Both the position numbers and the translations under genes were made by a program. Below, one piece after another: positions 28,447 to 34,728 of a DNA stretch of 34,728 bases. A model generated the notes under the pieces. The model saw only the letters and a list, made by a program, of their open reading frames with translations, searched no databases and was not told where the DNA came from. Within the stretch, counting starts at the first letter, position 1, and every line of letters begins with the position of its first letter. This DNA is from a virus (taxonomy: Duplodnaviria > Heunggongvirae > Uroviricota > Caudoviricetes), in IMG/VR virus record IMGVR_UViG_2660237933_000001, one strand, 5' to 3'.

Positions 28447-29300
28447 GCACGCACTCCGTACACGGCAGAACTATCCACGCCACGCGAAGAATCAAATCCC
28501 ACCCAGCAGCGTGCCCCAGAAACAGCGATGATTTCTGTTGCAGATTTACTCTCACCAGCTGCTACGCCGATGCTGCGTTTTGCCTTGATGTAGTGGTGAG
28601 TAAAATTGCGATACAGCGAACGGATCAGGGATGTGTCACTGTTAGAAACAATGACCGGATGTCCTTCTGATGACCGATGTTCAAGAACGGATGCCAGGTG
28701 ATACTGGTCATCTTCAGTGAAACCATCAGTGTGATAGCCGGAAAACGTACCGTCATACGGCGGATCGCAATACACCACATCCCCCGCCTTCAACATCGCC
28801 AGCGTTTCATCAAAGCTGGCGCAGATAAACGTTGCTCGCAGGGCCTTTTCTGCAAATGCGCGAATTTCTTTTTCAGGGAAATACGGATTTTTATAATTAC
28901 CGTAGGGAATGTTGAAATGCCCGCTCTTGTTATAGCGACATAAACCACGGTAACCGTGACGATTGAGATACAGGAAATATACCGCTTTCATGAAATCAGT
29001 AATTTCAGTTGAGTAATTAAACTCCTGCCTTATGTTGTAATAAGCCACCTCCCTGTTTGCGATCTCAAATAAAACTCTGGCGCGAGATATAAACGATTCA
29101 CAATCAGCAGCAACCTTTTTATAGAGGTTGATTAAATCAGGATTAATATCCGCAACAAGATAGCTGGGGTAATCCGTCTCCATCATCACAGCACAGGAAC
29201 CCGCGAAAGGTTCAACCAGTCGCGGGCCAGCAGGAAGATGTTTTTTCAGTTCGGACATAATGGTAGTTTTATTACCCGCCCATTTCAGGATGGTGCTCAT
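28443..29300 (-). CDS. dam: DNA adenine methyltransferase (Dam-like)
   Basis: [11 protein letters not shown]..., EPFAGSCAV (FxGxG) and VVYCDPPY (DPPY) motifs; start placed at the internal ATG with GGAGG RBS, overlapping the upstream stop (ATGA). Confidence 0.9.
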
Positions 29301-29599
29301 ACAGCACCTCCTGCAATAACATATCCTAAAGCTTCTAATGGGGTTAATGGGCGAATTGATAGCATCACCCATTGTTCTGAAACTGCCATGACGTCATTAA
29401 CCGGAAGCACATGAGAGATAACAGCGGCCCATTCCCTACCCGTAAATACGCCATGCTTCCATTCGCAAAGAGAAAGAACATCACCAACTTTATAGCCACG
29501 ATCGTCTTTACGAAGTTCAGCCGTCTTTTGACCTGCAACCACAGCGTTGAAATACTTAGGTGCAATTTTTAATTGATGGATACGCACTGCCCTTGTCAT
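29297..29599 (-). CDS. DUF3850/ASCH-like small protein
   Basis: [47 protein letters not shown]... fits the DUF3850 pattern as I recall it; GGAGG RBS 7 nt upstream of the ATG at 29599. Confidence 0.6.
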
Positions 29600-29821
29600 A
29601 CAGCACCTCCGTTGTAATGTTTGCCTTTCAGCTCTACGATTTCCTGGCAGGTAATGCAGCTGCACTCCCGGAATGGCGCGGCGTCGTGCTGGCGGAATTG
29701 GCGCTTCACATTCAATACAAAGCACGCGAGACACGCCCGGTGTTTTGGCACGGGCAGCACGAATATGGCGCTGGCGTTCTTCTTCAACGCGCTGCTGTAC
29801 GAGATCCATTGCATCAGCCAT
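29596..29821 (-). pseudogene. TraR/DksA-type C4 zinc-finger gene, apparently frameshifted and fused in-frame to the downstream DUF3850-like ORF
   Basis: Frame from 29821 encodes ...[22 protein letters not shown] then loses the second CxxC; the expected [15 protein letters not shown]...stop continues in another frame ending at TGA 29596-29598. The frame break is near 29655-29662. Confidence 0.45.
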
Positions 29822-30060
29822 TAGTGGATCTCCTGCGCTTCGTTCTGGATTGCTTCAGCAGTTACACGCAGCAGTTCTGCCGCTTCGACGTGGTTTAGCT
29901 GGCGGGATGTGATATGACACGCCAGGCTATCAAGGCGAGCTGCCATTGCTTCAGCCCTTGCCCGGCGTTCTTCCAGACGAGCCTCTGTCAGTAAAATATT
30001 AAGCCCTGCGTCATCCGGTCCGGTTTTAGTCGAGAGGGTTTCAATATTACGCATAATCAA
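29821..30060 (-). CDS. Hypothetical early-region protein
   Basis: 79-aa ORF within the minus-strand early operon; no recognisable motif. Confidence 0.5.
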
Positions 30061-30121
30061 TTCTCCTGAATTTAGATAAAGGGATGCCCGGCGGGTTTAC
30101 GCCATTAATTTCATTAGTTGG

Positions 30122-30463
30122 TTAATTCGGCATGGTTAGCCGTCTGGGAAATAAGCTCACCACTGCACGAAAATGATTCATTGCTTTAATCAACTCCCGC
30201 TTTTCGTCAGTGGTCAGCTCATTAATGCTGATGCTATGACGTTCAGCTGGAATTTTTGCCATAAAGAATATGGCAGCCAGTGCCCGTTTATTTTGTTCGC
30301 TATTAATATCGCGTGGATCACGCATATCTTTAATAAACCGCTCAAGCTCTGACTCAATATTCAGACCAAAAACTTTCGCCCTTAACTCCGCAATGTGATT
30401 AAGTCCATTCAGGCGTTGACCGGGGCTTAATGGAACAGTCGCCGCAGCGCCTTCAATAGCCAT
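30122..30463 (-). CDS. Hypothetical early-region protein
   Basis: 113-aa ORF in the early operon between cII and A; no family assigned. Confidence 0.5.
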   Translation of the reverse strand: MAIEGAAATVPLSPGQRLNGLNHIAELRAKVFGLNIESELERFIKDMRDPRDINSEQNKRALAAIFFMAKIPAERHSISINELTTDEKRELIKAMNHFRAVVSLFPRRLTMPN

Positions 30464-30627
30464 TTGTTCCCCCGTTTTTTCGTAGATAGTTCTGCCAGCA
30501 ATTCATCTTGTGAACGGCACGGATGCCAGCGTTTACCATCCTCACCCATGATCCAGCCGTGACCGTAGTGCATTGCCGGGCTTTGTTTAACCAGCAGCGA
30601 TGCAAATGATGGTTCTTTCGTAAGCAT
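30427..30627 (-). CDS. Hypothetical small early protein (position of 186 fil)
   Basis: Start placed at MLTKEPSFASLLVKQSPAMHYGHGWIMGEDGKRWHPC... to avoid overlap with cII; function not established from sequence. Confidence 0.45.
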   Translation of the reverse strand: MLTKEPSFASLLVKQSPAMHYGHGWIMGEDGKRWHPCRSQDELLAELSTKKRGNKWLLKALRRLFH

Positions 30628-30634
30628 AAGCACC

Positions 30635-31144
30635 TCACAGCAAACCGAATGAAGCACCAAGGCCAGTCATGGTATCAACTGCACTCGCCATCGCCGGGTT
30701 AGCCTGTAAACGGGCCTGCAATGAAACAGCAGCCAGCGCCATCAGTCGTGTTACAGAGTTAATGCTGCTGATAGCATCACGACGACCTGCACTGGTTTTT
30801 ACATTGCCAGATACCGCACCTGCAGCAACACGCCCGATCTCTGCGGTTGCACTCATGACGTAATGCGGCAGTTTCTCTTTTGCTACCTCATTAATCGGTA
30901 CACATGGCAGGCAGTGAATCTGTGCCAGAAAACCATCTATCAGCGTTGAATCTTCAGTAAGATCGGTAAGCAGCCAGATTTCTGGCGCATTGAGCTGATG
31001 CGGTTGATCTGGGTTGAGTTTGTTCCGCAGAGTCTGGACATTCATTCCTGCACGTTCTGCCAGCTTCGCCATATTGTGACGAAGTGCAAAAGCTCTACAG
31101 GCTTCATCAAAATGCGGGTGTTTGGAAATCTTATAATCAAACAT
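30635..31144 (-). CDS. cII: CII-like transcriptional regulator (186 CII family)
   Basis: 169-aa ORF MFDYKISKHPHFDEACRAFALRHNMAKLAERAGMNVQTLRNKLNP... recalled as phage CII (186-type); second gene of the minus-strand early operon. Confidence 0.75.
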   Translation of the reverse strand: MFDYKISKHPHFDEACRAFALRHNMAKLAERAGMNVQTLRNKLNPDQPHQLNAPEIWLLTDLTEDSTLIDGFLAQIHCLPCVPINEVAKEKLPHYVMSATAEIGRVAAGAVSGNVKTSAGRRDAISSINSVTRLMALAAVSLQARLQANPAMASAVDTMTGLGASFGLL

Positions 31145-31176
31145 GCTACCCCCTTAGAAAGTTCTCATAATTGAAC

Positions 31177-31419
31177 TTACTTACCAACAATGACGCGGAA
31201 GTTGGAATGACCGAGGGATTCACGGACCTGATCGGTTTTGTACATTAAATAACGCAGGCTTACGCGGCCTTTGTTTTTTTCTTTCTTGACCATGTATTTA
31301 GCAAGCTGACCATGGTGAATTTTTTGATACACGGAGCCGCGGGAGATACCTTCCCATTCCGCGAACTCTGCAGGCGTAGCCATCTCTTTTGGTACACGAA
31401 TTGAAATATCAGTGCTCAT
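31177..31419 (-). CDS. apl: Apl/Cox-like excisionase-repressor (small HTH protein)
   Basis: 80-aa ORF, first gene of the early operon, divergent from cI; HTH-like segment ATPAEFAEWEGISRGSVYQKIHHGQL. Confidence 0.65.
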   Translation of the reverse strand: MSTDISIRVPKEMATPAEFAEWEGISRGSVYQKIHHGQLAKYMVKKEKNKGRVSLRYLMYKTDQVRESLGHSNFRVIVGK

Positions 31420-31477
31420 AGTGCAGTATCTCCCGATTAAGGTTTGGTTTACGTCGTTTTATCTCGTTTTACTTGAT

Positions 31478-31521
31478 TCAATATTTGATACATCGAGATA
31501 CTACGATCCAATATTTGATAC
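31478..31521. promoter_or_regulatory. Switch-region operator candidates: direct repeats of AATATTTGATAC
   Basis: TCAATATTTGATAC at 31478-31491 and CCAATATTTGATAC at 31508-31521, 30 bp apart, in the 119-bp gap between divergent apl and cI. Confidence 0.4.
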
Positions 31522-31538
31522 GTCAACAGGATTAAAAA

Positions 31539-32171
31539 ATGATACAGGTAAAGGCTGGAGAGAATACAGGGGGAAGAGAAGCTATCCATAGACTAATGGC
31601 AGCCTATGATTTCAAGTCCAGACAGCAACTTTGCGATCACTTAGGCGCATCAAAAAGCACCATGGCAAACAGATACTTAAGAGATAGTTTTCCTGCAGAG
31701 TGGGTGATTCAGTGCGCCTTGGAAACAGGAGTTTCTTTACTGTGGCTAACCACCGGACAGGGGGAGCCAGGTCCAAACATTGAACCTAAAAAAAATATCA
31801 ATTCCGTGAACTCCAGCAAGGTTGTACCTCTTTCTGAACTAGTATCTCCTGAAATTGACAAGGCGACTCTCAACGGTGGTTTATTGGTCGATGCTGGAAA
31901 AGCAATCATTGATAGCAGCATACTCCCCTCAGACTCAAGCAACCTACTGCTGGTGACTACTTCTGGTGATTCTTATTTAATAGATCGCAACCAAACACCA
32001 CCAGTGAATGGTATGTGGTTAGTCGATATCGACGGGATAAAAAGCATTGTTAAATTGACTCGACTCCCGGGAAACAGATTAGTAGTGCATCAGGATGATT
32101 CATCGTTTGAGTGTGGCCTGGATGACATTGAGGTAGTAGGCCGTGCACTGAAAATCATTAAGAGCCTTTGA
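31539..32171 (+). CDS. cI: CI-like immunity repressor
   Basis: 210-aa ORF divergent from apl and directly upstream of int (1-nt gap), as in 186 cI-int. Confidence 0.7.
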   Translation: MIQVKAGENTGGREAIHRLMAAYDFKSRQQLCDHLGASKSTMANRYLRDSFPAEWVIQCALETGVSLLWLTTGQGEPGPNIEPKKNINSVNSSKVVPLSELVSPEIDKATLNGGLLVDAGKAIIDSSILPSDSSNLLLVTTSGDSYLIDRNQTPPVNGMWLVDIDGIKSIVKLTRLPGNRLVVHQDDSSFECGLDDIEVVGRALKIIKSL

Positions 32172-32172
32172 T

Positions 32173-33186
32173 ATGACCATCAGAAAACAGCCGAACGGAA
32201 AATGGTTGTGTGAGTGCTATCCCAATGGACGCAATGGCAAGCGCGTGCGTAAGCAATTTGCCACGAAAGGCGAAGCCATAGCATTCGAAAACTTCACCAT
32301 GGACGAAGTAAACAAAAAGCCATGGCTTGGTGAGAAGGAAGATCGGCGGCGATTATCAGAAGTGATTGAGCAGTGGTATTCCCTATATGGTCAAACACTC
32401 GCAGACCCCAAACGCCTGATGGCGAAACTTAGAATTATCTGTAATGGTCTAGGCGATCCCATCGCCTCTGAGCTGACAGCAGGTGATTTCACAAAATATC
32501 GGGAAGCCAGATTAAAGGGGGAGGTCCAAAATGAAGACGGCTCGTTCATGTCACCCGTTAAACCTCGCACAGTTAATCTTGAGCAGCGTAACCTGTCATC
32601 GGTGTTCGGTACATTGAAAAAACTAGGACACTGGTCCGCACCAAACCCGCTGGCAGGGCTTCCAACCTTCAAAATTGCTGAAGGTGAACTGGCTTTTCTT
32701 TCCACGGACGAAATCAAACGCCTGCTTAATGCCTGCGCCGAATCTCAAAACACCAGCCTACTAATGATTGCAAAAATATGCCTGGCTACTGGTGCGCGAT
32801 GGAGTGAAGCAGAAAACCTGCAGGGCCATCAGTTATCAAAATACCGGATCACCTATACCAAGACAAAAGGTAAGAAAAATCGTACCGTGCCGATATCTCA
32901 AAATCTGTATGACGAACTCCCCAAGAACAGAGGGAAGCTATTCACCCCGTGCAGAAAAGCCTTTGAACGAGCAGTAAAGCGAGCAGGCATCGAGCTACCA
33001 GAGGGCCAATGCACCCACGTGCTGCGTCATACATTCGCCAGTCATTTTATGATGAATGGCGGGAATATTCTGGTTCTGCGCGATATTCTTGGGCACTCAG
33101 ATATTAAAATGACAATGGTTTACGCTCATTTTGCCCCAGAACATCTTGAAGATGCTGTGACCAAAAATCCTCTGCACAATTTATAA
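32173..33186 (+). CDS. int: Tyrosine integrase
   Basis: 337-aa ORF; C-terminal HVLRHTFASHFMMNGGNILVLRDILGHSDIKMTMVYAHF contains the tyrosine-recombinase R/H-x-x-R...Y pattern. Confidence 0.9.
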   Translation: MTIRKQPNGKWLCECYPNGRNGKRVRKQFATKGEAIAFENFTMDEVNKKPWLGEKEDRRRLSEVIEQWYSLYGQTLADPKRLMAKLRIICNGLGDPIASELTAGDFTKYREARLKGEVQNEDGSFMSPVKPRTVNLEQRNLSSVFGTLKKLGHWSAPNPLAGLPTFKIAEGELAFLSTDEIKRLLNACAESQNTSLLMIAKICLATGARWSEAENLQGHQLSKYRITYTKTKGKKNRTVPISQNLYDELPKNRGKLFTPCRKAFERAVKRAGIELPEGQCTHVLRHTFASHFMMNGGNILVLRDILGHSDIKMTMVYAHFAPEHLEDAVTKNPLHNL

Positions 33187-33198
33187 TGGAGAATAATC

Positions 33199-34728
33199 GT
33201 GATTAAAAATATAGACATTCAATCAGATGCTGTTGCTAAATTGAGAATGGACTCTATTCGTTCAGAAATTCAAAGTTATAACCCCGAATTATTCATTGAA
33301 TTCTGCATGCAATATAATCTACAAAAATTTGATGATAATTTACACATGCTGCGTCATATGCCGTGGATAGTAAACTTATGTTTAAAATGGTCAGCATCTG
33401 TAATAGGCAAGAATAGAAAGTTCAAAACCCTTACAAAAAATCAAGCCATCAAGCTATTTCAAAAAGCCTATGAAACTTTAAGTATCATCCCCATTGGTCT
33501 TGAAAAGAAAAACGGAGTGCATTTTTTTCCAAGAAATAATTTATACCAGCAAGGTATTTATCAAAAAATTGACGCAATAAACTCCATTAGCAGACAGGTA
33601 TTTTTATTCTCACAACTCGAAAACACTCATAAAATAAAGACATCGTTTTTCAAGTTAACAAACATTTCAATTGATGATTTTTTAAAACTATCTTACATTT
33701 TAATATCACTAATAACAACGGAACATCCCGTCAGAAAAATAAATGTTAATAGTTTCAGTGTGTTATTCCCTATTTTACCCAAAGATACCGTAGAGAACTT
33801 TCTCGATGCAATCTCAATAAATTACAGTGAGCTATCAAAATTTTCAAAATCCAAGACATTTGAAAAGCCTTTGTTAGAATACTATTCATCTTCACCGTAC
33901 TTAGAAAATCCTTTAATCAAAAAAGGTTCTGATTATTTCCAGATACATGCACAACTAACATCAAGAAGCATACAAACATTTATATATGACCTTTTAAGAA
34001 GAACTGACGCTGAAAAATTCATGGACAGTTTTGGAACTGTATTCGAAAGAGCATTAGGAAAAATTATTCAAGAGAGTAATATTCCTGTTATCACAGAGGA
34101 TCATCTTAAAGAAAAGTTACCCAAAGATAATAAAGTAGTTGATTTTTTGTTTCCACACGCGAATGCAAATATATTCATTGATGCCAAGGGGGTTGAAATA
34201 CATCAAAAAGGCATGGTTACTTTACGGCCAGAGGATATTTCAGGAAAAATAAAAAAGTCTGTTTTAAAAGCTATCGAGCAAGCTCATGAAGTTAACAGAG
34301 AAATTTACTTAGACGATAAAGCAACAATAACCCCATTCAGGAAAGAATCTTTTGTGATATGCATTACATATAAAAACTTATTTTTAGGTAATGGTACATT
34401 CCTTGCCAGTACATATGCAGAAACTGAGATGCTAAAGATATATGATAAATTCAATACTGACTACCACATACCTAAAGAAAATATATTTTGCTTAGCTTTT
34501 GATGAATTTGAGTACCTTGTTGCATCCTGCAAAAATGCACATGTGCCTCCTCATATGGTTCTGCAATACGCAGTTGAAAAGAACAAAGAACCATCCAGTG
34601 CAGCCTTCCTTTTTTCCCAACATATAGAAAGCTATTTTGATAGAGTTATTAATTCTGATGTAGTAAATGAGATGGGAATAAAAATGGTTGACTCAGTTCT
34701 GGAAAAAATTTCCCAAAATGAAAACTAA
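33199..34728 (+). CDS. Hypothetical 509-aa protein, possible PD-(D/E)xK nuclease-like core
   Basis: Long uninterrupted ORF, strongly AT-rich and Lys/Asn/Ile-rich, starting 12 bp after int; contains VVDFLFPHANANIFIDAKG (D...hhh-D-x-K); no Walker A motif seen. Confidence 0.6.
   Translation: MIKNIDIQSDAVAKLRMDSIRSEIQSYNPELFIEFCMQYNLQKFDDNLHMLRHMPWIVNLCLKWSASVIGKNRKFKTLTKNQAIKLFQKAYETLSIIPIGLEKKNGVHFFPRNNLYQQGIYQKIDAINSISRQVFLFSQLENTHKIKTSFFKLTNISIDDFLKLSYILISLITTEHPVRKINVNSFSVLFPILPKDTVENFLDAISINYSELSKFSKSKTFEKPLLEYYSSSPYLENPLIKKGSDYFQIHAQLTSRSIQTFIYDLLRRTDAEKFMDSFGTVFERALGKIIQESNIPVITEDHLKEKLPKDNKVVDFLFPHANANIFIDAKGVEIHQKGMVTLRPEDISGKIKKSVLKAIEQAHEVNREIYLDDKATITPFRKESFVICITYKNLFLGNGTFLASTYAETEMLKIYDKFNTDYHIPKENIFCLAFDEFEYLVASCKNAHVPPHMVLQYAVEKNKEPSSAAFLFSQHIESYFDRVINSDVVNEMGIKMVDSVLEKISQNEN

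Noticed and set aside
33187-33198. Possible attachment core immediately after int
   Set aside because: The 12-bp gap and flanking sequence show no resemblance to the ssrA 3' end, so no att repeat can be called here.
1-34728. CRISPR arrays, IS elements or transposase genes
   Set aside because: No regularly spaced short direct repeats and no transposase-like ORF or terminal inverted repeats were seen; the only recombinases are the phage integrase and the fibre invertase.

Overview
The window reads as an Escherichia coli-type smpB-ssrA(tmRNA) locus (1-1060) followed by an apparently complete P2/186-like (Peduovirus-type) prophage that fills the rest of the window. All protein identifications rest on my recollection of P2/186 protein families and motifs read from the ORF track; no database search was run. 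The order matches a P2-type prophage in reverse orientation: ogr, then tail genes D-U-T-E/E'-FII-FI on the minus strand, a Gin/Hin-type invertase with an invertible tail-fibre segment, baseplate genes H-I-J-W-V, S and R, the lysis cassette (lysC/lysB/lysA, K, Y), X, head genes L-M-N-O, divergent terminase P and portal Q, a cos-like site, a LexA-box-controlled DinI/Tum-like region, replication gene A, dam, the cII-apl | cI-int switch region and a tyrosine integrase. Three stretches look like accessory cargo. The strongest candidate for an undescribed system is a translationally coupled GHKL-ATPase plus STAS-like pair between the portal 3' end and cos (23793-25105). The other two are a 509-aa AT-rich ORF abutting the integrase (33199-34728) and a small WYL-like/BRCT-like ORF between ssrA and ogr (1184-1666). 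The prophage end on the integrase side is not resolved inside the window.
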